Shown here: piece after piece, positions 19,401 to 28,528 of the stretch | How positions within the stretch are numbered: the first letter of the stretch is position 1 | Layout of the letters: each line of letters begins with the position of its first letter | Made by a program: the position numbers and the translations under genes | Assembly (NCBI GenBank): GCA_965216465.1 | Contig: CBDCFW010000005.1 | Coordinates: 672,001-736,000, forward strand | DNA length: 64,000 nt | Source of the DNA: Bacteroidia bacterium | Lineage (GTDB): Bacteria; Bacteroidota; Bacteroidia; NS11-12g; UBA9320 | Direction of reading: 5' to 3' | Notes under the pieces: generated by a model | The model's database searches: none | Told to the model about the DNA's origin: nothing | The model's input: the letters and a program-made list of their open reading frames with translations, nothing else

Positions 19401-20484
19401 TTGCAGTTCAGATGAAGTACGCATTGATGTCAGTGATGAAGGTCCAGGAATTGAAGAAAAAGACATTGATCGAATCTTCGACAAATTTTACCAGGCGAAT
19501 ACAGGGCAGATGGACCTTGGCAGTGGAATTGGACTTGCAACCTGTGCTCAGCTTATGAAATTGATGAAAGGAGACATTGCTTATACCGACAAAGACAGAG
19601 GTAGCACTTTCTCAATTTACTTCCCTGCTGTGCACGAAGCAACAATTGCTGACTGGCAAACGACATCCGATTTCAATTTTCTGGGAAGTCATTCTGAGGT
19701 TGAAAGTGAAGAAGAAAACAATACAAGATTTGAGCATACTGTCTTGGTGGTTGAAGATTCTGAAGACATTTTAAACTATGTAGTTCGATGTTTAAAAGGC
19801 TTTTATAATGTGGAGACAGCGGTAAATGGAGAACTGGGTGTCGCCAAGGCCGCTGAAATTGTTCCCGACATAATAATAAGTGATGTAATGATGCCAATAA
19901 AAGACGGATATCAATTATGCGCAGAAGTAAAAGCCAACATTGGCACTTCTCATATCCCAGTGGTTATGTTAACAGCAAAAACTGATTTTGAGTCGAAGAT
20001 GAAGGGTTTACATGAAGGTGCAGATGCCTATTTGAGTAAACCATTCGAAAAAGACGAATTACTGCTCACACTTAAGAACCTAATCGATCACAGAACCAGA
20101 CTACAGCAATTTTATACCAGTAATGTTGAAGTTCAAGCGCCGAAGAAAGAAAAAGAACATCAGTTTATACTTCAAGTAAAGCAGGCTCTTTTCGAGAACC
20201 TGGATAATGAAGACCTTAGCATAAACCAATTGTGCGAAGAGCTTCATGTGAGTCGAATGCAACTGCATCGAAAACTAAAAGCGTTATGTGGTATGTCAAC
20301 AACCGAATTTGTGCAACATTATAAAATTGAAGCCGCGGTCGAGTTGCTTGAGCAAGAAGAACTCAACATTTCCGAGGTATCGTATCGGGTGGGCTATTCA
20401 GACCCATCGTATTTCACTCGTGTTTTTACTAAAATTAAAGGAATATCGCCTACAGAATTCAGGAAATCAGCACAAAAACAATAG
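16435..20484 (+). CDS. Hybrid two-component system (periplasmic propeller/Y_Y_Y sensor, HisKA, HATPase, REC, AraC)
   Basis: YSYLPPGRYKL, TM segment, THEFRTPLT, NLISNAVKF, DVMMP, C-terminal AraC HTH. Confidence 0.95.
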   Translation: MRKSVLYIHLIYTFALSIIFCLQSYGQMKGLSAENITFDSGKKLSHTQNIVEDETGLLWIGRWTGASFELDIEQDAIVTFDGHRVESPSEDFLRMLGNSHHLLGKTTEGQLIFGGDDIKFVDPIKRVVEQKFTLKDTRLLNLYGRGKIAELIQYEKEIWAVLIYKSVPASRKMMLLKSNSDNELEKVAILDSNYPMIKQRTGQSQNYIYYVDGKKVMILDKSNHELDSVAITLSDNEEIQDLEYDEYDNIFIKIGNQEYGHYGHIDTSFKLLKLNLRTHSKEYFQIPRIDGLSSTAEVLREKNYLWIYGDDFRLFQYDIESKQIVSLREPLLTSLPEHQEYTNPIFHIYRDRSGAYWAGGLNGLIRFTLRPEHIKTLMTGKNANEECLGEFCSLRGMCKDNKGNIYLSYENGIKKLDAITYESTELNLKLSAKEKLGAFDISYFDGKIFWLDKIIDPVTGEAKILFPNKTSPRFVHTLDTINEVLWLMENGNLNSIYKYDLKNQISSKIALNLFQHSEGYYEVHNLQYNHEKNTIVLCTKPFLGIIDTTGKVLEDYTLVIGSNRFGGPAMYMENASKLWSISNLVHGLREINLSTHEVKTYPFQDVTEKELEKATVFFIQRFGEDLYLGTAQGLAIFEGPSGPLRFFEEDWFSIDFEFNRSSNFANNKNLMVGTTRGLLIFNPEISKKQFNQEHNNRVNLRSLSYQDEAKGTVKFGPEQLIEQQITLPPSQRMFSLNVSVSEYLNRRNLRYSHWLEGFEEDYSSLSSEANITYSYLPPGRYKLHIKGGTTHFSRENSEVILHIYVQEYWYKSGLAYLSYGLILSLLVWLGYRFNLRRHKERNEAENLRKLDEFKSEFFTNITHEFRTPLTVILGAAGELNQGSNEQSVIQRNGKRLLNLINEILNLSKLESGKLKLLLVQIDIVSYLKHHVNLYHSFAATKGQSIEFKSNLSEFYVDVDQSKLQTVLENLISNAVKFGPRDSTIRVELTCSSDEVRIDVSDEGPGIEEKDIDRIFDKFYQANTGQMDLGSGIGLATCAQLMKLMKGDIAYTDKDRGSTFSIYFPAVHEATIADWQTTSDFNFLGSHSEVESEEENNTRFEHTVLVVEDSEDILNYVVRCLKGFYNVETAVNGELGVAKAAEIVPDIIISDVMMPIKDGYQLCAEVKANIGTSHIPVVMLTAKTDFESKMKGLHEGADAYLSKPFEKDELLLTLKNLIDHRTRLQQFYTSNVEVQAPKKEKEHQFILQVKQALFENLDNEDLSINQLCEELHVSRMQLHRKLKALCGMSTTEFVQHYKIEAAVELLEQEELNISEVSYRVGYSDPSYFTRVFTKIKGISPTEFRKSAQKQ

Positions 20485-20518
20485 TGTAACCTTCTGATTA
20501 TATGGAATTTATTAGGCA

Positions 20519-20584
20519 TGTTACAATAATCCAATCATCAGATACAATGTTAAAAGTATAACATGCTAAGATTAAGGTCCTTTG
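20519..20584 (+). promoter_or_regulatory. Regulated promoter P3
   Basis: TGTTACAATAATCCAATCATCAGATACAAT...CTTTG; 66-nt span; ATG only 4 nt later. Confidence 0.7.
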
Positions 20585-20588
20585 AAGT

Positions 20589-22013
20589 ATGAAAAAATTC
20601 TTATACATCATTGCACTGGTATTATTTACCCTTTCGTACACGTCAAGCACCGCTCAAATTAGCAGCGGTTTAGAATTCAAATTGCAAAAGCTCATGGACG
20701 ACGCTGCTGAAGCCGGGAACGATGGCTTAGGAGCAGCAATTATATTTCCTGACGGCTGTACATGGGAATCGACCAGCGGAAATGCATTCCCTAACCAGGA
20801 AGTTTCTCCTTCTCTCAGATGGGATTTTGCTAGCAACGCTAAGATGATGACAGCGGTTGTGTTGCTTCAAATGCATGAAGAAGGCAAATTGAGCATTTAT
20901 GATTCAATAGGAACTTACATTAATTCGCTTGATTATCAATATTTAGACGGATCTCAAACGTTGCATCAATTTATGACTCACACTACGAATGTAACTAACT
21001 CGTATACCCCAGACCCAAGGTCTGCTCTTTGGGACAGCATCTGGGCAGATCGCTCAAAAATTTGGGACCCCGCTGAATCGATTAAAGCACCTTTCGCTCA
21101 ACCGACAACTCCTAATCCTAATCGAGTGCATCGTTATATTGGACATAATAACTACATTTTTCTTGGCGAAGTAATTAAGGCAGTTAGCAGCAATACACTT
21201 CAGGATGAATTCGACGAACGTCTTTTTACACCATTTGGACTTAGTAGAACGAGCTTGGCAACAAATGGGTTTAGCATGGACTCCCTGAACGGCGTGTACA
21301 ACGACAATAATTCAGTTGGTGGCTGGAATCACAATTCGTATCTTAGCTCAAAAGGGGCTTCCGGTGCTTTAATATCTTCACCAATGGATATTGCTCAATT
21401 CCTATGGGCCTTGCATCATGGTGACATCATTTCAGATTCTAGTCTAGCAATAATGACAACGATTACGCCAGGAGCACCAACCTATGCACCTGGAATGTGC
21501 TTATCATACCTTGCTTCATACTATGGTGCCGGCTCTAATGTTTTGTTTGCCTCTAAACAAAATTCGAATGACACGATAATAGCTTATGGTCATGGCGGGA
21601 TTGGACTTGGCGTAGCTTCATCATTTTACATCAAAAGTCTTGATCTATCTTTTGTATTAATCAATAATGATTTTAAGTCACTAGGCCGAAGTACAAAGTT
21701 GTATACCGATATGATTTGCTTGCTAATGGAAGAGATTGAAAATGACCCATGTGGCTTAGCTAGTATAGAACAAGTTGCTCTAAGCATAGGCATCAGTCCA
21801 AATCCTGGAACAACGCAAATCAGCATCAACTTGCCACAAACAATAAACTCAGGAACGATTGAAGTTTATAATACTACAGGAGTTCAAATTCATTCGGCGA
21901 ATATTTCGCGTAGCCAAGTTGAGTTTGACATGGTTGAGGCAGCAACCGGCACTTATTACATTAGAATTTCATCGCCTAATGAACAAATAATCAAACGCTG
22001 GATTAAACTCTAG
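20589..22013 (+). CDS. Secreted serine hydrolase (beta-lactamase/PBP fold) with T9SS CTD
   Basis: Signal peptide; SxxK (FASNAK); YGHGG; ISPNP CTD. Confidence 0.9.
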   Translation: MKKFLYIIALVLFTLSYTSSTAQISSGLEFKLQKLMDDAAEAGNDGLGAAIIFPDGCTWESTSGNAFPNQEVSPSLRWDFASNAKMMTAVVLLQMHEEGKLSIYDSIGTYINSLDYQYLDGSQTLHQFMTHTTNVTNSYTPDPRSALWDSIWADRSKIWDPAESIKAPFAQPTTPNPNRVHRYIGHNNYIFLGEVIKAVSSNTLQDEFDERLFTPFGLSRTSLATNGFSMDSLNGVYNDNNSVGGWNHNSYLSSKGASGALISSPMDIAQFLWALHHGDIISDSSLAIMTTITPGAPTYAPGMCLSYLASYYGAGSNVLFASKQNSNDTIIAYGHGGIGLGVASSFYIKSLDLSFVLINNDFKSLGRSTKLYTDMICLLMEEIENDPCGLASIEQVALSIGISPNPGTTQISINLPQTINSGTIEVYNTTGVQIHSANISRSQVEFDMVEAATGTYYIRISSPNEQIIKRWIKL

Positions 22014-22023
22014 CATGTAAAGT

Positions 22024-22063
22024 TTAGTTCCTGTTTAGAAAATTTGATCTGAACAGGAACTAA
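22024..22063 (+). terminator. Hairpin terminator
   Basis: TTAGTTCCTGTT...AACAGGAACTAA inverted repeat. Confidence 0.65.
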
Positions 22064-22085
22064 CTTATTTACTATTATTGTGCTG

Positions 22086-22304
22086 ATGAAGCCAGCAGAA
22101 TTACGAAGCAAAATCTGGAAATTAAGATACAATGGACTAAAAGATTATTTGGCCTACTTAAAAGACCAACATAACAATCATACCGAAGGAGATCTCAAAA
22201 AAGATTATAGAGACTATATTGAAATGGAGATAGAGCGAACCGAACGCTTTATGAACAAAGCCGAGTCGAAGATCAAATCATATAATCCGACGACTTTCAA
22301 ATAG
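22086..22304 (+). CDS. Small hypothetical helical protein
   Basis: 72-aa ORF filling the gap, charged helical composition. Confidence 0.55.
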   Translation: MKPAELRSKIWKLRYNGLKDYLAYLKDQHNNHTEGDLKKDYRDYIEMEIERTERFMNKAESKIKSYNPTTFK

Positions 22305-22311
22305 GTAATCT

Positions 22312-23028
22312 TTAAGCTTCCCTATTATATATAACTGGCAATTCTCCTTTCCATTTTTGCCAAGAATCTTCACCCTTCAATAAATCAGCCATAAAATGTG
22401 CTACATTAATGCGGCTAGTTTTTCCCGCATTAAATATTGGATCTCGAGTAGGAGAATAGTGTACATCATAGGCTGACACCTCATTTTTATCAACCAATCC
22501 ATCAGGCCGTACTATCGCCCAATCAATATTAGGATGCTCTGCACCGATCGTATATTGCAAATATTCTGCAGCCTGCTCATTGTCTGTATGAGGTGGGAGT
22601 ATCAACCTCAGTAACCCAACTACCAGTTTATGACCAAAGTTTACCTTCTCATTCCGTTTTTTATTGCGGTTTCCACTTGTATTCATCAAAACAAAACGCG
22701 TAGTTAAATTTTGGTCTGCATTGGTGCAAAGCTTAATTACTGCATCGCGAACCAACTTTCTCGGTTTACCATATACCCCTTTAAAACTCAAATTATGTCC
22801 AAGGCAAACACCTATAGCCTCACAACCGGTCAAGCAATCTTTGAGGTCAGTATCGCTCATTTCAAGCAAGCTGGCTTGAATCGTTTTAAGATTTGTATGT
22901 GCCCGTAAGTCGTCAGGAATTCTATCTTTCGATCGAGCAACAGTTACCACTTGGTGTCCTGAATCAAGCAATTGTCTTAACAAAAGTGAACCGGTTGCAC
23001 CTGTAGAGCCTGCAAGAAATACTTTCAT
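22312..23028 (-). CDS. NAD(P)H-binding oxidoreductase (BVR-B-like atypical SDR)
   Basis: GSTGATG; WAIVRPDGL; SRINVAHFM. Confidence 0.85.
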   Translation of the reverse strand: MKVFLAGSTGATGSLLLRQLLDSGHQVVTVARSKDRIPDDLRAHTNLKTIQASLLEMSDTDLKDCLTGCEAIGVCLGHNLSFKGVYGKPRKLVRDAVIKLCTNADQNLTTRFVLMNTSGNRNKKRNEKVNFGHKLVVGLLRLILPPHTDNEQAAEYLQYTIGAEHPNIDWAIVRPDGLVDKNEVSAYDVHYSPTRDPIFNAGKTSRINVAHFMADLLKGEDSWQKWKGELPVIYNREA

Positions 23029-23113
23029 AGGGGCAAGCTAATGCCAAATAAAAATCTAAAGCTAGAATATCGACGGTACCATCTTATTGATCGTTGGATT
23101 AATTCAGATCGAG

Positions 23114-23121
23114 TATATTTG
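23114..23121 (+). promoter_or_regulatory. -7 promoter element TATATTTG
   Basis: Exact consensus 11 nt before TTG 23133. Confidence 0.6.
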
Positions 23122-23132
23122 GAAGACTAGCC

Positions 23133-24755
23133 TTGAGTCGACCAAATCAAATAAACCTAAAACTATCTCACGACGCACTTCATTGGGGAGTAGATACATT
23201 CCGTAATAAAATGACGGAGCAATATGATAGACTCAAACTCTACTTAGTTAATCAAATTGGAGATCCGTCTTATACAATCCCAGAGTCAACCAGCATCAGC
23301 ATAGTTGACAGGGAAAGCTTTGCTGAGTCTGTGGCAAAAAAACTAAAATCGACTTCGTTTGAGGGAGAAATTTCGACGAACATCTTGGAGCGATTCCTGG
23401 CTAGCAAAGGTCAATCCTACGTTGACCTTATCGAACTTTACCATCCCAATTCAAAAGCTGTACAAATTCCCGATATCGTGGCTACACCAAAGACTGGTCA
23501 AGACCTACAACTGCTCTTAAAATTTTGCCACAAAAACAACATAGTATTGACACCTTTGGGCGGTGCTACCAATGTTGTTAATGCATTCAGTAAAGGAGAT
23601 GAAAACCGAGAATGGTTAGTAGCGAACCTATCTAAGCTCAACAAGTTAATCTCGATTGATCAAGAAAATGGTTTGGTCATCTTACAAGCGGGAATTACAG
23701 GATCAAATATCATCAACTTACTAAATCCATTGGGTTATACAATTGGTCATTACCCCCAGTCGATAATGCATTCAACCCTAGGCGGTTGGCTAAGTACACT
23801 AAGTAGCGGACAGGAGTCAAACTTTTATGGTTCAATTTCAACCATATGCACAGGCTTGAAAGTGCTAACGCCATCAGGTATTCTTCAGTTCAGTCACCGT
23901 GAGACAAGCGCTGAAGGACCCGATTTAAAAACGATGTTTTTAGGTGCTGAAGGAACACTTGGAATAATTGAAGAGGCAACACTTAAGATACACAAAAACA
24001 GAGGTTCAACAAGATGGATTGAAGCCATATTCCCTGATTTCAAATCCGGAATTGAAGCGGTTAAGCTTTTAAAAGAAGAACATCTTACTCCCGACATTTT
24101 CAGGCTACAAGATTTAAATGAAGTAGTCTTGTACAATAGCTTAGAACAAGAGAAACGTTCAGAACATGTAAAAGCTAAGTTATGCTATTTCGGTAAAAGT
24201 GAAATTTTAACTGCAAAACACCAGCTGGTAAGCAAATGTCTGAAAGAATTGGCATCGTCTGTAACCACCGTGGATGTTGAAAGCACTTGGCAACAAAGCC
24301 GATTTGCGTTACCCTATCTTCGTGATTTCCTTTTAGAGGATGGCTATTTCATTGAAACTTTCGAATGCGAAGTTCTTTTTACCAAATGTGCTTATCTGCA
24401 CGAATCCATTCATAATCAATGCCAGGATTATTGGCAAAAACACAATGAAAAAGGAATTGTTCTTTGTCACGTCTCCCACATTCATCACACAACATGTGGA
24501 ATATATTTTACCGTAATTTCATTGCGTAACACAAATTCACCACGGGAACAATGGAAAGCAATTAGCGATATTTTTCTAGCAGCGTTTGACTTTTACGGAA
24601 CATCGATTACACACCATCACTCACTAGGAAACCGGCACAAAGAGATGTACCTTAAGAGAATGGGAACTGTGCAGTATAATTTGTTATATCAGATAAAAGA
24701 GCAACTAGACCCAAACAACATTTTGAACCCTGGGCTTCTAAATAAAGAAGAATGA
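23133..24755 (+). CDS. Alkyl-dihydroxyacetonephosphate synthase-like FAD-linked oxidase
   Basis: PLGGATNV, GHYPQS..HSTLGGW, GAEGTLGII, FRLQD, GIYF, THHHSLG, LDPNNILNPG. Confidence 0.85.
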   Translation: MSRPNQINLKLSHDALHWGVDTFRNKMTEQYDRLKLYLVNQIGDPSYTIPESTSISIVDRESFAESVAKKLKSTSFEGEISTNILERFLASKGQSYVDLIELYHPNSKAVQIPDIVATPKTGQDLQLLLKFCHKNNIVLTPLGGATNVVNAFSKGDENREWLVANLSKLNKLISIDQENGLVILQAGITGSNIINLLNPLGYTIGHYPQSIMHSTLGGWLSTLSSGQESNFYGSISTICTGLKVLTPSGILQFSHRETSAEGPDLKTMFLGAEGTLGIIEEATLKIHKNRGSTRWIEAIFPDFKSGIEAVKLLKEEHLTPDIFRLQDLNEVVLYNSLEQEKRSEHVKAKLCYFGKSEILTAKHQLVSKCLKELASSVTTVDVESTWQQSRFALPYLRDFLLEDGYFIETFECEVLFTKCAYLHESIHNQCQDYWQKHNEKGIVLCHVSHIHHTTCGIYFTVISLRNTNSPREQWKAISDIFLAAFDFYGTSITHHHSLGNRHKEMYLKRMGTVQYNLLYQIKEQLDPNNILNPGLLNKEE

Positions 24756-26248
24756 GCACTTTACGAAAACAAGAATTAATTGATGCTCAAAAAAACACGT
24801 TTGACATACTTATAATTGGTGGAGGAATAACTGGCGCTGGGGTTTTGCTCGAAAGTTGTAGATTGGGGCACTCAAGCTTTCTGGTTGAAATGAGCGATTT
24901 TTCAGCAGGGTCGAGCAGCAGGTCTTCGCGCATGATTCATGGTGGTGTGCGCTATCTTAAGTATGGAAGAATAAGTGCTGTGCTTAAATCACTAAGAGAT
25001 CGATCTGAAGTTAAAGCAACTTTTCCAAACATTGTAAAGTTGCAACCGATTCTAATGTGTGTTTATCACTCGCCAATCAGGCTAACATTGCTTCATTTGT
25101 TCATAAGCATATATACCTGGTTAAGTCCAAAGAAAGACAGGTTCATCGCCAAAAAGTTAGCTACTAATGAAGTTTTAGACCTTCACCCTAATTTGGAGCG
25201 ACAAAATTTGGTCGGAGGTGTTCTATATCGCGATGGTTTAGCCAATGATACAGATTTAGTTATGGCTACATTATTGAAAGCTCAAAACCACGGTGCACAA
25301 TTCTTCAATTATCTAGAAGCACAAGAATTTAGGCATGAGGATCAGCACATATTTGTTAGCTGCCAAGATCATGAAACAGGCAACGTTCTAAATTTTAAAA
25401 CCAAATGCATCATTAACGCTACTGGTGTTTGGACCGACCTTTCATTAAAGAAATTTGGATTGGGTTCTACACCCATATTGCAGCCAAGTAAAGGCACACA
25501 TGTCTTAGTTTCAAAGAACATAATTGACCTTAAATCAAGCTTGATATTTAAAGACAATAAGGCTCAAAGGTATCTTTATGCTTTTAGTTGGAATGAAGAT
25601 TTAAGTGCGATTGGTACGACAGACCAGCTCCATGAAGATGAAAAAAACCGAGTGATAGGAAGCAAAGAAGAGGTAGATTATATTCTTGATAGTTATAATG
25701 CCTTAACTAAAAACAATTTATCCGTCTCTGATATTGTGGCTATTTATGCAGGACTTCGTCCTCTCTTAAATCAAAACAGCAAAAACCCTATTTCTGCATC
25801 CAGAGATTACAAAGTCTGGTCGCCCAAAGAGCGAGTAACCTTTATAGCTGGAGGAAAACTAACCTCTTTCTTAAGAATGGCTAGAACTTGTTTAAGTAAA
25901 GCTAGGTCAAATGGTTGGATATCGCCATCAAATCAGTCGACTCAAAGCGAAAAAATTCAATGGGAAATTGTTCGAGATGAATTGATTCTGTCCAAGTGCT
26001 CGGAAGAAAGTATTAAATCACATTGGCAAGCACTTAAGCTATGCCATCTTGAAGATCTATTTACGCACCGAACTGATATCACTTATCAAATGACAACATA
26101 TGACAGCAAATATGTTGACAGTATAATACAGCTTATTGCAGAAATGAACAACAATAGTGTGGAATGGATTGAAAAAGAAAAGCTTCGCTACAAAAATCAT
26201 TGGCAACAATTTCATCCTTCCTTTTTACACAAAAATTTATCAATATGA
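24752..26248 (+). CDS. glpD: FAD-dependent glycerol-3-phosphate dehydrogenase/oxidase family protein
   Basis: IGGGITGAG, SSRSSRMIHGGVRYL, KGTH, IGTTD, AGLRPL, GGKLT. Confidence 0.85.
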   Translation: MSTLRKQELIDAQKNTFDILIIGGGITGAGVLLESCRLGHSSFLVEMSDFSAGSSSRSSRMIHGGVRYLKYGRISAVLKSLRDRSEVKATFPNIVKLQPILMCVYHSPIRLTLLHLFISIYTWLSPKKDRFIAKKLATNEVLDLHPNLERQNLVGGVLYRDGLANDTDLVMATLLKAQNHGAQFFNYLEAQEFRHEDQHIFVSCQDHETGNVLNFKTKCIINATGVWTDLSLKKFGLGSTPILQPSKGTHVLVSKNIIDLKSSLIFKDNKAQRYLYAFSWNEDLSAIGTTDQLHEDEKNRVIGSKEEVDYILDSYNALTKNNLSVSDIVAIYAGLRPLLNQNSKNPISASRDYKVWSPKERVTFIAGGKLTSFLRMARTCLSKARSNGWISPSNQSTQSEKIQWEIVRDELILSKCSEESIKSHWQALKLCHLEDLFTHRTDITYQMTTYDSKYVDSIIQLIAEMNNNSVEWIEKEKLRYKNHWQQFHPSFLHKNLSI

Positions 26249-27168
26249 AAAAGGTCTCGTTTATAATTCATGGAAATATTAACTCAAAAAGTCGAATAGA
26301 AGCGACTATAAGAGAAAACTGCTCAGGTCACTCGATTAAATATGATATTTACTATACCGAACATGAAAATCATGGCACAACCCTAGCATCTCAAGAATCA
26401 AAAAAGGGGGTTGACGCTATTGTTTCAGTTGGTGGAGATGGTAGTTTAAATGACGTGATGAACGGCATTATGTTGGCACATGAGGAAGTTGGTTTGCTCG
26501 AGCTGCCTATACTTGCCTGTTGGCCAAAAGGATCTGGAAACGACTTTGTTCGTTCGGCAAAAACACCAAACAAATTAACTGAAATCTTAAACTTAATCAA
26601 CCAACATGCAACTCAGAATATTGATGTTAAGCGGCTAAGCTTCACCAATCGTAAAGGGGAAGATGAAAAAAGATGGTCGATGAACATAACTGACATAGGT
26701 ATGGGAGGTAAAGTAGTTGAACGCATGAATAAATATCCTCGATGGTTACCTTCTAAATTAAGGTATCAAATGGCCATATTTACTACGCTACTGACCTATA
26801 AACATCAAAAGGTGACTATTGAATCTGATGTGATTAACGAAGAAGCCGAAATTATGAACATTGCAATCTGCAACGGTCAATACTTCGGAGCAGGTTTGTG
26901 CATAGCCCCAGATGCAAAGCTGAACGATGGGATTCTAAATCTTGTGGTCATTAAGAAAATAGGTGTTTTAGACTACATAAAAGAGCTAGGAAATCTCAAG
27001 AAAAGCATTAAACTAGACCACCCAGAAGTAAGTTTCCACGAGATCAGAAAGCTTACGTTAAATCCCAAATTGCCTTTGCCAATTGATATGGATGGCGAAT
27101 TTATTGGATACACTCCACTTACAGTAGAGGTGGAAGAGCAAAAAATAAAATTTCTTTCGTCAAGGTGA
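26245..27168 (+). CDS. Diacylglycerol/lipid kinase (YegS/Rv2252/BmrU family)
   Basis: GGDGSLNDVMNG, PKGSGNDF, NGQYFGAG, DMDGE; ATG 26245 overlaps the glpD TGA. Confidence 0.9.
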   Translation: MKKVSFIIHGNINSKSRIEATIRENCSGHSIKYDIYYTEHENHGTTLASQESKKGVDAIVSVGGDGSLNDVMNGIMLAHEEVGLLELPILACWPKGSGNDFVRSAKTPNKLTEILNLINQHATQNIDVKRLSFTNRKGEDEKRWSMNITDIGMGGKVVERMNKYPRWLPSKLRYQMAIFTTLLTYKHQKVTIESDVINEEAEIMNIAICNGQYFGAGLCIAPDAKLNDGILNLVVIKKIGVLDYIKELGNLKKSIKLDHPEVSFHEIRKLTLNPKLPLPIDMDGEFIGYTPLTVEVEEQKIKFLSSR

Positions 27169-27203
27169 CCTTTCAAACTTATAATTTCAATGCAATTAGA
27201 ACG

Positions 27204-27581
27204 CTATGCCACAACGTAAAAGAGAGACGTTCCTACCACTCCAAACAAAACCGCAAACAATATCATCCTTCGTGCTTTGGCCATATCTTTTTTGTGCATT
27301 TCATTCAACTCGACAGAAGATGTCGTTCCTACATCTCCAAAATTAAAAATACCCTTCATTCCAAAGTAAACACAAAACTTGTTATACCATTGTTGTATTC
27401 CAATACCAAATGCGGATAATGGAACAACTAATAGCAATCTCCATAATTTATCGGCTCCTGTAACCAACAAAACGGTTGCTAGAATAATTGAAATACTGGC
27501 CATTAAAACAGCGTTGTTTCTCCTAACTTTAATTTCATCTCGTCCAATATTGCAAGTTCCTGGAATGTAGTTCGGTTCCAT
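27204..27581 (-). CDS. Hypothetical membrane protein
   Basis: YIPGTCNIG N-terminal motif, FCVYFG, three hydrophobic segments. Confidence 0.75.
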   Translation of the reverse strand: MEPNYIPGTCNIGRDEIKVRRNNAVLMASISIILATVLLVTGADKLWRLLLVVPLSAFGIGIQQWYNKFCVYFGMKGIFNFGDVGTTSSVELNEMHKKDMAKARRMILFAVLFGVVGTSLFYVVA

Positions 27582-27737
27582 ATGTTTATCTATAACGTTC
27601 GGCTCTTAATTTGGTTCGTAAAGATAGTCAGTCGGAACCAATCAGCAACCCTCAACTTGCACCACTTATAAGCCTTACAATAACAATGATCTCCTTTTTT
27701 TTCGCTATACTTGAGAACACCAACTTAATTATTAATC

Positions 27738-28163
27738 ATGGAAATAACAATCAATTACATGGCAGTGGGGATTGCCGTAATCGCTAATTTTATCCTAGGA
27801 TGGCTATGGTATGGACCTCTTTTTGGAAAGGCTTGGGCCGGAGAAATGGGAATGGACATTAACGAAAAACCAGCTACTGGCGAGATGGCCAAGGGCATGA
27901 TTTTTATGGTTATTGGGAACTTTTTAATGGCCTATGTGCTAGCACATAACATTTTCGTTTGGGGATTGGTAGATGGTATGGAAGAAAATTCAGCTGTTAC
28001 TGTTTCATTAATGACCGCATTTTTTACCTGGCTAGGATTCTACGTGCCAACGCATTTAGGTGCTACCACGTGGGAGAAAAAATCATGGAAATTAACCATC
28101 ATTAATCTAGCTTATCACTTTGCAACACTGTTCGTTGCGGCAATGATCATCACATCGATGTAA
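27738..28163 (+). CDS. DUF1761 family membrane protein
   Basis: INYMAV...LGWLWYGPLFGKAW...INLAYH. Confidence 0.85.
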   Translation: MEITINYMAVGIAVIANFILGWLWYGPLFGKAWAGEMGMDINEKPATGEMAKGMIFMVIGNFLMAYVLAHNIFVWGLVDGMEENSAVTVSLMTAFFTWLGFYVPTHLGATTWEKKSWKLTIINLAYHFATLFVAAMIITSM

Positions 28164-28173
28164 GATCTAAAAG

Positions 28174-28206
28174 AGGAATCTGGTTCAAAATCAGATTCCT
28201 TTTTTT
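28174..28206 (+). terminator. Intrinsic terminator
   Basis: AGGAATCTG...CAGATTCCT followed by T-run. Confidence 0.8.
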
Positions 28207-28528
28207 AATTCGTTCAGTTCTCGGTAAGATTTATACACAAAGCAAGGTTCGAATTCTGCTTTGCCAAGAGCCTAAAGTAGTGGCTAATCGCACGCGTAGG
28301 TTATATAAACATTTTTACTTAGGCCTAGTATACATTTAGGGTATTTTTCGGAAGTATAGTCATTTGTCTAACTTCTGCTTGGATTGTCATCTTCAGCTTC
28401 AATCATGTTCTTCTAAGCCTAAAAAAACAAGGTATTCTAAGATTGAGCCAAATTTCCAAACAAGTGGTCTTTTTTCACAAATTCAAGCTGTATTGTACTT
28501 CTACGTTTGCAGTATAAATTATAACACA

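Noticed and set aside
28364-28528. 55-aa N-terminal extension of the 28529 gene
   Set aside because: A consensus promoter at 28502 lies inside it; the true start is likely ATG 28529
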